64,000 bases of DNA from Psammoneis japonica. Its lineage: Eukaryota. Both the position numbers and the translations under genes were made by a program. Shown piece after piece: positions 22,531-36,326 of the stretch (the stretch's first letter is position 1; each line of letters opens with the position of its first letter). A model generated the notes under the pieces. It was not told where the DNA came from and did no database searches. It was given only the letters and a program-made list of their open reading frames with translations. The stretch lies in contig QPGO01000009.1 in NCBI GenBank assembly GCA_008632985.1, forward strand, positions 186,001-250,000, given 5' to 3'.

Positions 22531-24405
22531 CTAGTACCCATCAATGAGTTTGCTCAAGTACGGGACTACCTCGTCAAGTGGCACACGTACTTGTTCGGTT
22601 GTGTCGCGGTCACGAATGGTGACGGCATTGTCTTTTTCGATTGTATCAAAATCAACCGTAATACAAAACGGTGTTCCCACCTCATCAGCTCGTCGGTACC
22701 GTCGTCCAATGGCCCCGGCAGCATCCCAGGCAACATTCCAACGAAGCTGCAATTGCTCAAACAATTTTTGTGATGTCTCAACTAGCTCTGGCTTATTCTT
22801 GACAAGAGGTAGGATGGATGCCTTAATGGGAGCAACACTCGGATGGAACTTGAGAAAGTTACGTTTCTCTCCTCCAATCTCATCTTCCGCGTACGCAGAG
22901 CATATCAGCGCCAAAATCAAACGGTCGACACCGAGGGATGGTTCAATGCAATGTGGGATAAACTTCTCCTTGCTTTGCTCGTCAAAATACTCCAAGTCTA
23001 AAAAGAGAATAAGTTTTAAGTGAGTACGACGTGAGGTCACCGCTGCACATGACAATATCAATGACACTCACTCTTGCCGGATCCTTCTGAATGTTGTGTC
23101 AAGTCAAAGTCGCCACGAGCGGCAATTCCCATTAGCTCTTGGGTTCCAAATGGAAACTTGAATGTAATATCTGTACAAGCACGGGCGTAATGAGCCAATT
23201 TGTCTCCCTCGTGAACGTCCCAATCCATCAAATCCTCCCGGAGCCCAATCTCAATCAACCACTCTTTCGAATCTTGCATCCATGTTTCGTGGTGCGGTTT
23301 CCACACCTCCTCATCACCGGGCGGGATGAAATACTCCACTTCCATTTGCTCGAATTCACGAGAACGGAAGATAAAATTGCGCGGTGTGATTTCATTTCGA
23401 AAAGCTTTTCCAATTTGAGCAATGCCAAACGGTATCTTTTGACGGGAAGTTCCCTGGGCGTTTTTGAAGTTGATAAAGATTCCCTGGGCTGTCTCCGGCC
23501 TTAAATAGGCAATAGACGATCCATCCGTAGCAGCGCCAACACTAGTCTGAAACATAAGATTGAAATCGCGAGGCATGGTCAAAGTAGGCTGTCCGCTGGC
23601 GGGCGATGGGATTTGTTCCATTTCCTCCTCCGTTGCTTCGACTAATTCACGAAAACTGAATCCTTCAATTGGAGTTCCTTGCATGTCTTTCGCTTTCAGC
23701 TGTTTCTTGGCCTGTTTCTTCGCAGACTTGACCATATCTTCGTCGTTGCCTTCCTGAACGCAGACAAAGCCTACAGTTTCTCCGGTTTCTTTCACCACGA
23801 TTGGAGAATAAAAGAGCTGATCAGCCCGAAAACGCAGCTTTGTCTCTTTACAATCCACCATTGGGTCCGAGAATCCATCCAAGTGCCCTGCAAGACGAAC
23901 AAGTACCACCTGAGAATCTAAACGTTTGCTTTCGAACGTTATGATAACACACAAACTCGATACACTTACCTGAACTCTTCCAAGTTGTAGGATTGTGAAT
24001 GATGCTAGTATCCAGCCCCACAACATCTTGCCTACGAGTCACAAAGCTCCTCCACCACAAGTCCTTGACATTTTTCTTCAGTTCACTCCCCAACGGACCA
24101 TAATCGTAAAATCCTGCGTATCCGTTATATATTTCTGAAGAAGGGAAAATGAAACCGCGTCGTTTACACAAACTGACAATGTCATCCATCGAAACCTGCT
24201 CATACGCTTTCTCGTTGACAATCGGCTTTTTACTCTCTTTGGTTTCCGTTTCAGAAGCCGTGGCAGAAAAGTTGACGACATTCCGACGTAGCGATGGGAC
24301 CGTTCGTGCTACTACTCTCGGGTTTGAGATGAAGGCCAACATTTCATCAAGTGTAAGGCACGCCACGACAACCCACAGAAAAAACCGAGCGGAACCGATA
24401 GACAT
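22531..24405 (-). CDS. GARS: Glycyl-tRNA synthetase (alpha2/class II type), organelle-targeted; introns 23888-23969 and 22998-23071
   Basis: Motifs [94 protein letters not shown]-terminal signal peptide followed by LAF; both GT-AG introns restore the frame. Confidence 0.95.
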
Positions 24406-24714
24406 GGCGTTTATTGTTCTCTGGATTTTCTCGACTGCGTCTCAGTCTCAGTTACAGATCTCCCGAGGAAATGTCAAGTAGATCACAAACTAGTGTGATG
24501 TGTAACTGCGCTGGCGTTTGTTCTGTGGTGTTGTGTGTCTTATGTGGTGGTGAAATAATGCTGTAAGGCATCTCGCAGCAATTTGGAATTCAGCACGTCG
24601 TTGGCGGGAGGTGTCGGAGGTGGAAGAAACGTCAGCGGCGGCGCGCGAAAAGACCGCGCGAAAGATGGTCTTGGCGGGAAAGACGTCATTTTTTCTACGG
24701 CACGAAGGTTATGA

Positions 24715-27395
24715 ATGCTCACCATGCAGTGCGCAACTCGTGTCGTTCCACGACTGACGCTTCACAACATGCAACACCGCAGGGCCTGGGCTCCAGATTT
24801 GTTTCGTCAGATCCGTGGCATGATTTGCAAGATCACCCGGCACTCCCGGGTGCTCTCCCCAGACTCCCCAGACTCTTTTTCACACTGGAAAAGGATGCTG
24901 CTTGGAGCCACAGCAGCCCCTGGTGCCGCGGATGCTTTGGAGGCTTGGCTGGCAGAGCAGTTGCCTCGGCAAAGCTGCCGTCAGCCAATGCTCCACCTTT
25001 TGGGGCTGCTGCACGGCACCCTCAAACTTGAGAAACCAAGACATGTGCTGCAGGCCTGGCTCTGTGGGAAAGAGCAAAAAATGCAAAGAGCCGCAACTGA
25101 GAAGGGGGAGAAAAGACTGAGACATGCAGACTTCTTGCTGTTGCTGGAAGCACAGCAGCAAAAACAGCAAAAACAGCAAAAGGCAGCAAAAAAGGCAGTG
25201 TGCCTTGCATCTCAAGCTGCGCCAGCAGCTGGCCAAAGGTTGTTCCTCACATGGGGTCAGACACCAGGTTTGCTGGACAAAAAGCTGTGGCACGAGCAGG
25301 TGAGCCATGAGTGCCCTTCCTGCCACCCACTGAAGAGCTGCCAGATGAAGGGCAAATTTTGCCAGCAATCTGGAGGCTTTCTGGTTTGGTTGAAAAAAGA
25401 TTGGGCCTCACAGGGGTTCTTTGAGAAAAAATTGGCTTGGCTGGCCCGGCCAGTGCTGCAAAGAAAACACCAGCACAAACTTGTCAGCCTTTTCCTGCAC
25501 ACATCACACAACCCAAATGGAGAAACATGAGAACCTCCCTTTTCTAAAAGCTGCGCACATTTTGCTGCCTGTCAGCTTGTTTGCTGCAAGACTTGCTGCT
25601 GTTTTTGTGTCTCACAGCTGAGCCAGAGACTGAGGTGGACCAGCTTCAGCGCTGGCGCTCTTCAAGCTGACCACTCTGGACAAACAGGTGCCCAGTCAAA
25701 CTTTGTTTCTGTCTAAGACTCGTTGATTTGACTCTGCTGTCTGAGTCAGTGAGCACAGCACACTGTCCCATTGGTTGAAAGAGCTCTTCCAAACAAGAGC
25801 ATGGGAGCTTGCACTCTGACACACGCTGCTCCAGCGCCCCCACCTGCACTCATGCTTGGTGCTCATGACCCTCTCTTCCTGCTCTCAACATGAAAAGTTC
25901 AGCTTCGTCACTTGCCATCAACTCTTTTGCTTGCCATGATGTCACAGCTGCTGGCCCCAACCATCAGCTGCGCCAGCAAGGTTCTGGGTTGATCTTGCCC
26001 CCTTTGTCCCACAGCTCTTCTCTTCCCAATGACAAAATGATGCAGGAAAGGAACAAGGCAGTGGCATGAGAGCAAAGGCTTGTTTCAAGCTCTTGTGCTG
26101 AGCCTGACCGGAAAAGGGGCGAGTGCCCCTTGCTTGTCGTTGACTTCCCGCACATCATCGTTTGATTGTTCCCTTGACTCGCAATGCCTGTCATGTGACA
26201 CAAGGTCTTGCTGTTGCACTAGCACGGCAAAATGGTTTCTGAGGAACAGAGCAAAAATCTTTGTCATGGCTGCAGCAAAGCTTTGACGGATGCACGGCTT
26301 TTTTGGCCATCAGTGCAGAGTGCGTGTCACTCTCCAAAGGCGGGCACCAACTCCTCACAGATTGAGTCGGTCCTGTTGCAGATTAACTTTTTTTGTGGAA
26401 TCTCACTTGGTCACACCGCTGCCTTTCATCATCCCAAACTGGAGTTTGCTAAAAGTCTCACTCCCTGGCCCCTGACACAAACCCCAAACCCCAACCCTGA
26501 CCACGCAAAACTGTTTTTTCTAAATGTTGGGATGCAGAAATGGTGAAGCCATGCATGGTGGATTCCTTTTTGTGGCTCAATCTGTGACAGGCACAAATTA
26601 ATCTGTCAGGGGCATTTTTTCTCCAAAGGCACCCTCTCAATCCTTTCCTTCTTGGCAACTCTTTCATGTGCGGTCATTTGATGCTTTGGCATTTGGACCA
26701 ACAGCGCTGTTTTTGGTGGGAGCATGGACACTCATTTTGGCAGCTCTTCATCAGCCGAAGTTGCTGCGATCCCAAGCCCACGTGCTTGGCTGTGCACCCA
26801 CCCACACCTCGTCATCATTGATGACTTGGTTTGACACGTTGCAGATGAAAACCTTTTCCCAACAAAGACAGAGAGCTGTCAAAAAGCAAAGTGCTGGACT
26901 CCCTGGCTTGTGAGGTTGGCAGTCGACCACAGCACATGGAGAAAGTCAAAGAGCAGGTTGCGCCAAACCCGCGGCAAAAGCACCCAGCCAACATGTGCCG
27001 TTGCGCGCTGTTCTGCATCTGAGCATGCAAAGGAGATTGCTTCTCTTGTTTTGCTGTCTGCTGTCTTGCATTGTCAGTGCTGCTGGGCACTGTGATGCCA
27101 GTTTCTCGTTTGACAGCCCCAGTGCCTGCTCATGCTGGTGCTTCGGCGGCGTGCATGCTGGCTGTCGCCTCATTTTTTGCAACGCTCTTGGCTGCTCTGC
27201 AAAAACAGCTTGTCATCAGCATCGTCGGAAGGACAACATTGAACATCACCATCATCTTGATGCATCGTCCATCGTCCATGGTGTGTGACCACCTGGATGA
27301 GCGGTGGCAGTGCGGCGTGTTGCGGCACTCATCACACAAGGCTCATTGTCAACACAGAAAGACAGACAGGCAGACAAGACAGACAGCTCGCGCGC
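24715..27395. mobile_element. TpA-depleted degenerate element with convergent ORF remnants, between the GlyRS and LHC genes
   Basis: Sharp-edged domain with almost no TpA outside TTA/TAA; Tyr-free ORF 24715-25530 (+) and broken minus-strand ORFs. Confidence 0.5.
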
Positions 27396-27557
27396 ATCTA
27401 TCTAATCTCAGATGTCGGATGGATTCCTAATTCCTTCTCTCCGCATGCGTGGCGCGACAGGTTGAACTCAAATCCTCGCGATCCTTTTGTGATTGCCAGC
27501 GGCTGTTGTCGTGCGCGAGTTTGTTGCATCCCCGAGGACCTAAGAACTGTTTTGACC

Positions 27558-28417
27558 ATGAAGTTTGTATCTGTTTTGGCTCTCTGCGGTTCGGCGTAAG
27601 TGGTCTTGTCGACATTTTGTCTTGAGAATGAATGGGAGCAGTTTGATGGTTCAATAAAGGAGTCCAAAATTGGACTAGGGATCATGGATGCGGAAGCGTT
27701 GTTGTGACATCAGCTCTTTCTCCTTCAGTGAGACATTCGGTCCGCACCTGGCCAAGCATCTGACCAGTCAGCTCTTTATCTACTCGTCCTATAAATTCCT
27801 GGTTGCTGGTGTTATCTATAATTCTCACGATCGTCTCTGTTGTTCCTCGCGTCATTTCTGATCACCTCAGCGCGGCATTCGCCCCGGCATCACAACGGGC
27901 TGCTACCACAACGTCACTTTCGGCATGGAAGGATGAGACCGTTGTTGGAATTACTCCTCCTATGGGTTACTTTGATCCCCTTGGACTCAGTAAGGGAAAG
28001 AGCGACGATACCATGAAATTGTACCGCGAGGCTGAACTCAAGCACGGCCGCGTGGCCATGGCCGCCTGTCTTGGCTGGTACATTACCGCCGCCGGTGTGC
28101 ACCCTGCTTTCAACTCTGAGCTTTCCAGTGACCCTCTTCAGGCTGCAAAGGAACTTCCCGTTGTCGGATGGCTTCAGTTTGTGTTGGGTTGTGGCGCGAT
28201 TGAATGGCTTGCCGCTCAAATCCGTCAACGCCCCGGATACGTTCCCGGAGACATCCTCGGAGCTTCCTACTGGGTTGACGACAGCGATGAAGGATGGGTT
28301 GACTACCAAAACAAGGAAATTAACAACGGACGACTTGCCATGGTTGCGTTCATGGGTATCCTTGTTCAGGATCTGTACTATGACAACTACGGTGACATGA
28401 TCTTCAAGCAGTCGTAA
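27558..28417 (+). CDS. Light-harvesting fucoxanthin-chlorophyll a/c binding protein (LHC/FCP); intron 27596-27870
   Basis: MKFVSVLALCGSA|AAFAP bipartite targeting sequence; GYFDPLGL, REAELKHGRVAM, KEINNGRLAMVAFMG. Confidence 0.95.
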
Positions 28418-28571
28418 ATTGAAAATGTCAACGCGAATTTGTTACTTACGTCTCGAGGAGTATTGAGATAAACTAGGCATAATAGAGACTAGGCTGGTCT
28501 CGGGAACGCGCATCCAATACCTTGCAGATTCATTCTAGTTTTCTCTCTTGGCATCTTTCTCTTTCCTCTCC

Positions 28572-29637
28572 CTACAGACTGTCATCATCCTGATCGCTTC
28601 CTCTTAGTCGACTCGTCACAAAAGAGAGGAGCTGCTTGACATAGTGCTCGTAATCAAAGCACGGAAATGGAAGATCATCAGTGCTGGAAAGATGTGCATG
28701 TGCGAGCATATAGCCTCCCACTGCCCCAAAAGCGAGCGCCATAAGTCTCCCAAAAGACAAGTTAACCATGACAGCAAGCCAGAATATTCCTTCCACAGCG
28801 ATTCCTCCAGCCATTGTTCCACTATTTCCTTCAACAAAGCTCGACGACGCAAACGCTATAGCATGTAGATATCCTCTTGATGCTCCAATAATGGCCCCAA
28901 TTCCAGTAACGGGAACGTCGGACAAAAATGTTGCGACGCTGTTCCCCAAAAATCCAATCCCGCAAATGAGCAGCGTGCTGTTGACAAGAAAGCTCGTGAC
29001 CGGATCGTCCGGCATTCTAGCAGCTAGAAGATCGTACATTGCGACAAGGGCAATGTATACGTACGGTAAACAAAGCAAATCAAGCACTCTGGGCTGATAA
29101 AGAACATTGAAGGTCGGAAACGGAAGATGAATCCACGTCGTCACCCTGGAAAGGACCAAGAGCGCCAGAAACAGACTCAGTACGGAGCTGGGCAAATCCT
29201 CCTCTTCCCAGAAAAGTAGCTCTCCCCGACACAGCTCTTTTGCTACGCAAAAGAAAACATATCAATACAGGGCGTTACTGCATTGTTTGTCGGCATCACA
29301 ACGAGAGCATGGTCTCCTTGACGCTCCACGTACCTGCCATTGAACACAGTGGTTTTGAGTCTGAGAATCGGCATAGTAACTTTGATCGATTCAGTCCATA
29401 TAGCCATAAGCCATACTGCTTTGCTTCCAAAGAGAATATTCGATAGTTCGTAATCTCCCGTTCAGACACAGAATACCGGTAAATTCCGATTTTCTGGAAA
29501 CCATTCGTCACATGCTCCGGCAATTCATTCCCAGGGTTAAGAATGAACAAAGCGAAACATGTCAGCAGAATCAGCACGAATCTAATTATGGAGAATCTCT
29601 TTATCGGATCTCGATTCATGTTTGCTGTGCTTTCCAT
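28572..29637 (-). CDS. Hypothetical multi-pass membrane protein; intron at about 29243-29333
   Basis: Two minus-strand ORFs joined by a GTACGT..TAG intron; several hydrophobic segments. Confidence 0.6.
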
Positions 29638-30142
29638 TGTGGAACCACGAGCGAATTGAGCGTCCACGATCCCCACAATGCTGTCTTCCAACGCATACGG
29701 TACACCATGTCGATCACATCGCAAAATCTCAAATTTGAAGAATGTGGAGGTGTGAGTCGTGAACGCGACCAATACGTTGGAACTGTACCAGTGATTACCG
29801 TACAGAATACCGTACTTATCTTCACGTGGAAGCTACTGTAGCGCGGCAGCGCAGAGCGAGGCGCTTCCCTTCGTCTTGCACCGTGGTTTTATTTTCAGCA
29901 AGCGCATTTGAACGCTTCGCGTTGTTGTGCTTTCGTTCAAGAGACTTTTGCCCGATGCTCCCCCGGTGTTACTTGAGTCTTTCTTCGAGGACGACGACTC
30001 ATCATCAGGTCCTCGTGTCATCGGACTGTTGCTCATACTATTAGCACCCCGAGCGTCATTTTCAGGCCAGAGGTATTTTTCCCACGTCAGTACAGAAACT
30101 ACGTAGATTTCTACGCGTCTTTCGCTTGAACCAAACCTCACC

Positions 30143-32642
30143 ATGGCTTCCCAAGTTTCCGACGTTGAGGAACTCCGCAACAAGATGAAGCAGGCCGACG
30201 ATCTTGAGGCCCAGTTGGAAAGCCTCCCGAAAAAGTTTTCCGAAGAGCGCTCTCCTCGCCTTCGTATGCAGCTCTGCGAGATTCTAAGCGATGTTATGCT
30301 TCAGGACCCCTACTTTGCGTTACGCAAGAACTGTGCTGATCGTTTGTGGAGGAGTTGCTTTTATGGACGTATCACTCAACTGAGAAACCGCATCAATCGA
30401 GAGAAGCGCAAAAAGGGACCCAACTTAAAGAATCTAGAGTCAAGTCTCAACGTATTCTTGCAGGAAGCTATAGTGCTCTATCGATGGATCGTGAACAAGT
30501 ACGAAACAAAGTTACTGCCTCGGCTTCCGGACAGTCAGCTTTCCCAAGAGTCGGAGACTTCTGCTATTGCACCTACAGAAGACGTCACTGGTGTGATTCC
30601 CATACTGTATCGTCTATTGATTCATTTGGGTGACTTAAATCGATACGCCGGTTCTTTTAACGACGCTTCAACCTCTTACACCGAGGCTTCCAAACTCGCA
30701 CCGGGTAAGGGGAACCCTTACAATCAATTGGCAGTGGTAGCGCAAATGAAGGACCCCAGTTCGCCCCTGTCGTGCGTGTCACTTTATTGGTATACACGAT
30801 CTCTTTTAGCGGTTGACGGGCCGTTCGAAACGTCAAAGTCTAATCTGGCTCTGTTGTTTGACCACAACCAAAAGTGGCTAGAAAAACACGCAGAGGACCC
30901 CGTCATTCAAGCCACCGGCACTAACAGAAAGGCTCTGCAACAGCAAGCACGAGCTCGAAAGTCTGCCTTGAGTCAGCGCTTCTTGTCGCGATTTGTGAAT
31001 CTCCACTACGATTTCTTTCAAGCCGCAGACAGGAAGGATATAAGTAAAGCTGATCTGACGCAAAGTCCAAGATGTATTGGAGAGGTTCTCGTCCCTCTTG
31101 GACGCCACTGCCTTTGGCGATGCTCTTCTGATGAAAATGGTTGCCATTAACGCATTTTCCACCCATAATCTAAATAGCGGAAGCGACTGTTTTGAGCAAG
31201 CCATGGCCTTGCTTCTCAGCTTTGGTGCTTCCATGCTGCAGCGCGTGGAAAAGACTCTTCAAAAGGTTGTACCGGCAACGGAACAGCCGTCGCCTGCAGC
31301 CATGCCGTCAGTACGGCTTGTGGTCCCTCTTGTGCTCATTTGTGACTACCTTTACACATTCCACGACCGGCACTTGGTTTTTGAGAATCATCCCCACGAT
31401 GATCTTTGGCGGGACGCTAGTCAGTCGTTCTGGTGTGGTGTTGCCTCGGTTGCTAACTTGTTGAGCACCGTTCGTGATCAGCTCAACCCTAGCTCATTGC
31501 AGCATCTCCAGATCAAGGAGTTCGAGAGCTTTGTTGGTTACGTACCGTTTCAGCCCTTTGTATGCAAAGGCAAGAAGCACGAGGCGTTTGTGTCTGCCGA
31601 TGAGGCCGTCCGAGCTTTGGAACTCTCGCCGCCCACCACCCAGGAATCTTCAGCAAGCGTTTCGCCAGGGAATGACGAAGAGAATAGGCTCAAGTTGGTG
31701 CGGTTCCTTCAAGTCGTAGACCGCTTTGTCCGTCGGTGGGAAAAGGGGGGAAATGGTTTGCTTGCTCGTGTCAAGGACGGAGTGTACAAGGCGACAGCAC
31801 ATCCGCATGACACGGGTATGGGCACTTCGGAGGTCACGGGGCAAGAGACAAACTTTGACAACGAAGAAGACATGGATACGACAGTAACAGTGGAGGCTTC
31901 TGCTCAACAAGACGGTAACGACGAAGACGATGGCGGTGATGTTGTGATGTACAAGCCGACAGAAGGTGCTGGCCCCGCGTTGTTGGTCCCTGGCCCTCTA
32001 TTGACAAAAGAAGTTAAGGCTGCTCCTGTGGTGTCCAAGGCAGAGACCCCTGCTACTGACCCTTGGAAGACGACCGTTAACGAGAGCGTCGGGGTGGACA
32101 TGTCCTCATTGCTTGCCGCTTCTCCTGCTCCTCCTCCACCTCCTGTCGAAGCCCATGAAGCGCCACATCCAGCAGCGTCGAAGCAGCCACTACCTGTGAG
32201 CAACCCAGTGGAAGTCGCTGCTATCCCGCCGCCTCCTGGTCTGCTCCCGCCGCCAGGTTTTGGAGGCACCGTAGCTTCTTCGGGAGCAGCCTCTCTTTCA
32301 TCAAGCACTGCTGTCCCTACAGCACCTCCTCCGCCAGGCTTTTCGCAGCAGTCTGTCCCAACTCAGCAGAATATTCATACACACGGATTGGATCTGTCCA
32401 ACTTAAGTACGGCGAATCCATTCGCATCCGAGTATCCGCAGCCATCGCTCGAGAGTCTCCGATTACCAGGCTCTGGCATTTTCGGTTCAGGCTACGGTGA
32501 ATCAAAGCCGTCATCGAATTTTCTTGATGTTAACAGAGAGAAAGAAGCTTCGCTTGTTGAAAGTTCCTTTCTGACAAACCTGTGGGCTGAGGAGAGCCAA
32601 AAGACAGACCCTCCGTATAGCGAGAACCCTTTCTTGACATAG
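30143..32642 (+). CDS. Est1/SMG5-7-like NMD/telomerase-binding protein (14-3-3-like TPR domain); one frameshift at about 31060
   Basis: LWRSCFY, IHLGDLNRY, PGKGNPYNQLAVVA and YWYTRSL are characteristic of the EST1 DNA/RNA-binding domain; continues in ORF 31077-32642. Confidence 0.85.
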
Positions 32643-33140
32643 CGCCCCTTGGCGTTGACGATGGTATGAATTTTCGCGATGCCAATAACGTGATGATGCT
32701 GTCATTGTTGGACTCAGTCAGTGGCCATGAACTTTCGAGATCTCAGTGGGCGCACACGACATGCGACGACGGCTACAGACAATACACCTACTCGTTGAGA
32801 GCTAAACTCACTGAATAACGTGATAAAATATTCTTTACGCTCGAATCATCAGACACACTAGAGAGAGAGAGGGTACCGGTATGATGCTACGGTCTTGGAA
32901 GTTGGCAAGTGAAAAGCGCTCCACGCTCCACTCGCTCGCGCGGTGGGTCATTTTGTTCTCGTTCGGTGTCAGGTGTCACCCGATCGAAGAGCGAGCGAGA
33001 GGTGAACGCCGCTCGGTTCAGTTTTTGTGTTGAGTTGTTGAATGGCGAATGGAAGGACCCGAGAACAACGTTAGTTGATTGTTCTTCACAGTACTGTATT
33101 TAGAAGTATATTAATACATTGAGTCCTGTTCGTGCTGAAA

Positions 33141-33554
33141 ATGGTGAACGCTTCTGAGACTAGTCATTTGGATGCCAAGTTCGGGAACGATGAAGTCAAT
33201 GATGCTGTTGGAGTCGGTGATAATTTGCGTGTCGCGTTCGGAAAGAACTCCTTGTCGGGAGTAAATAGGAGCTTCAAAAAGCTTACCGATACGATCTCAA
33301 ACGCCATGGATAATGTTATGATCGGGCTTCAAGAAGAAGAGGTAGAGCGGGTACCTTCAACGAAAAGTCAAGAGGAAAGACAGAGCGATGACGTGAAGCA
33401 CCAAGTCGACGACAAAATAGAAAAAGCTGTGATCAGCTCGGATGAATTTCGTCACCTTCAGCAAGAGATGCGAGCATCAGGTATGACGACTGGGGTGGGA
33501 ACCAAAGCGTTTTTAGTCAGTATGGCGGAAGAGAGACGTGGTGGCGGCGCTTAA
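33141..33554 (+). CDS. Hypothetical protein
   Basis: ATG-initiated ORF of about 137 aa with normal composition; no recognised domain. Confidence 0.5.
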   Translation: MVNASETSHLDAKFGNDEVNDAVGVGDNLRVAFGKNSLSGVNRSFKKLTDTISNAMDNVMIGLQEEEVERVPSTKSQEERQSDDVKHQVDDKIEKAVISSDEFRHLQQEMRASGMTTGVGTKAFLVSMAEERRGGGA

Positions 33555-34233
33555 AGTTGTCGACCCGAGCCAAGTACTCTGTGAACCTACCTTTCAGAAA
33601 TGCACATGAAGAAAATGCCTCGTTCATTACTCATTACTGAGGGGTTGCTCTGATAAAAACATAGTGATGCGAGGGAACTCTGGAATCGCTAAATTTCATA
33701 ATACATTTATTGTTCATTTCTACAATGATTCTTCTGTGCACATTTGCTCCCTCTGCAATAGGAATGCATAGAGCCCTACCGGTTCAACAACCATATTCAT
33801 ATTCAACAATATCGGGGTGTACGCCAGCTTTGCAGGTAAGAAATCGATTGGGCATGGATGCACACATTTCTTAAGGTCTCATTTTTGCCTTCTCGCACCA
33901 TAAAAATGGAAAGCGGCATCAGCAACTCCTCTGCATGAATTGAATATGCTTGCTCATAGTGTTGTTACAAGCTACAACCTTGACCTTGAGCGTGTAGTAA
34001 TTGACTTGGGGGAAGGGGGGTGGAATAGAGAAATGACGAGTTCTCTCCTAAAGAACAGGGCCTGAATCAGAACACAGATTTCATGAAACGTCAACTTGCA
34101 ATTGTTTACCGTAGTTTATTTCTCACTGGGATTGTTAAGCAGATAGGTTATCATAGTATTGCGAGATAAAAGTAGGGTCCTATGCTCCTCATTGACGAAC
34201 GGCAGGGACGGAGAATAGATTAGCCCTACGGTA

Positions 34234-34815
34234 CCAGTAAAAAACCGAATTGAGTCCTTATGACTGAACTGAGTCCTTATCCGACCCATATGTTGAATCG
34301 ATCGATAAAATGATGAAAAAACCAAGTAATCAAACTGTTTTTGTTGCTGTGATAATCTTCAATTGCTGCTGCTTCTGACCATGTGTTTGGATTTGGGTGT
34401 TTCAGTTTTCTCCGGCTGCCCGTTGCCGTCGAACATGGTCGTTTGTATTTTTTGAAGCGGAAACGAGATTCAACAATTCTCATGTAATTTTTTTATGAAG
34501 ACACGTACATCATATATCCTCACTGCTCCGTGCTGCTTGCTGATTTGGAGATATGTTGAATTTCTTCTGGTACTTGACACGTAGAAATGTACAGGGGGGG
34601 CCGAATTGAGTCATTACGCGAAAAAGGTGCAACTTTTGCAGCTAGATTAAGCTAATCCCAAGCCCATTTCACAACCGACTATCATCAAAGAACTCGTTAA
34701 GAGATGATGAAAAGCTAGGAAATGCGAAGAAATGGTCAGTTTTAGGCCAATGATGGGCAAAAAATGGCCATTCAACATATGGCAAAAATAAGGACTCAAT
34801 TCGGTTTTTTACTGG
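34234..34815. mobile_element. MITE (Tc1/mariner-type), 582 bp, perfect 28-bp TIRs, TA target-site duplication
   Basis: TA|CCAGTAAAAAACCGAATTGAGTCCTTAT at 34232-34261 and its exact reverse complement at 34788-34817; internal partial TIR copies at about 34266 and 34601. Confidence 0.9.
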
Positions 34816-35185
34816 TATCGCATGATGCATGATGAGGACCAAGGACGATCTTGTGCGTTTGTCTGTTCAGTGTGAGCGGTCATCCTTCAGCCGCGCCTCC
34901 TCTTTCTTTTTGGGGTCTGTTTGCTTGCCTCCTCACTTTTTGCACATCAAACACAAAAAGAACTGAACGATGTGAGGTAAAATGCGTCAGAGGTCAACCT
35001 GCAAAGTACCAAGATGCGTTATGTCACAAATATTGCCCGCGCCAGATCGTGTCGAACTCTACTTATAATGGGTGCAATAAATGCCTTACATCATGCTCGG
35101 GCTGGAAACATCATCGTGAAGATCTACTTGTACGATCACTCAAATCCTCCCGGAGTATTTTTCATAAAACGTCGGCGAGCAAAAA

Positions 35186-36071
35186 ATGATGATTCGTTTC
35201 ACTGTTGGTTTCCTTTTGGTAGCTCTTGCTTCTACTGGCGGGATGCCGACTCCCATCTTCGAGTCCACCGACGGTATGACACCGAGCGATGAAGAAGTAA
35301 AGTACAGATGCAACTTTGAAGGATTGTGGACGCAGAAGCGCCATCCCAAAGAGTTTCCTGTTAATAATTTCCCACACTGGAGTCAACCGGTTGTTGCTAC
35401 CCACAGCAACAAGTATACCCTATGGAATGTAGGGAAGTTCGCGTCGCCTGGAGTTGAATTGGTGGCAGAGGTACGTACTGTATAATGCTGGGATTCTGCT
35501 GACGATTCTGGGACAACGAAACCAAAGCTGACGACGTTTTTCTGCTCAGACCGGAATTACATCGACGTTGCGAAAGGAGTTGGCGAAAGACAAGGGTGTC
35601 TTGGCGTATCAAGGGCTCCGAAACACAAAAGGCGACATATGGGAGGCCAGCGATCTGGTGAGCATGGATTCAACTCACAACCGCATCTCCGCCATTTCAA
35701 TGATTGCACCCTCTCCTGATTGGTTCTCCGGCTTCCACGACGTTACTCCTGTCAACAAGACTACTGGTATGTGGTATTACGAGTTCAAGATGACAACGCT
35801 TCCGTATGATGCTGGAACTGAAGAAGGTGAAACGTACTCTCTCTTCAATCCCGACGAACGCCCGCAGCGTAAGATTCAGAGGATTAAACCATCCAACGCT
35901 CCCAACGGTTTGTTTGTCACAATGAAAGGGGGTAAACCCCGTATCTTAAAGGTGGCGAAATGGACTTGCGTTCAGGATGGTGGACGTGAAGACTGCAATC
36001 AGTACAAACCAGACCGCCGTCTTATGAATCAATGCAGGCGCCGCAACAAAGCAAGAGACAAAAATCCCTAA
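35186..36071 (+). CDS. Secreted Spondin_N-domain protein; intron 35471-35549
   Basis: Signal peptide; YRCNFEGLWT..HP..FP...HWS.PVVATHS, ASPGVELVAE|TG, SMIAPSPDWFSG, PYDAGTEEGETY. Confidence 0.88.
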
Positions 36072-36326
36072 TGCACCGCATCGACTATAGAGAGAGCCGC
36101 CTCTTCTCTTTCAATCCTGGAGCTTCGACAACGGGATAGTCTGAAGTACGGCGAAGTAATAATACCGTAGCTGTGAACAATGAACGTATCCTTTGTCACC
36201 TTGCGTCTTGTTTCAGTGCCACACGGTCTCGACACAACGAAACAGAGACTTTCCGTCCTTGTAGTTTGCAAGGCGTGCTAAACTTGCTGAAAACCTCTTT
36301 CGCTGAACGCTCAACTAAGAGAGCAA

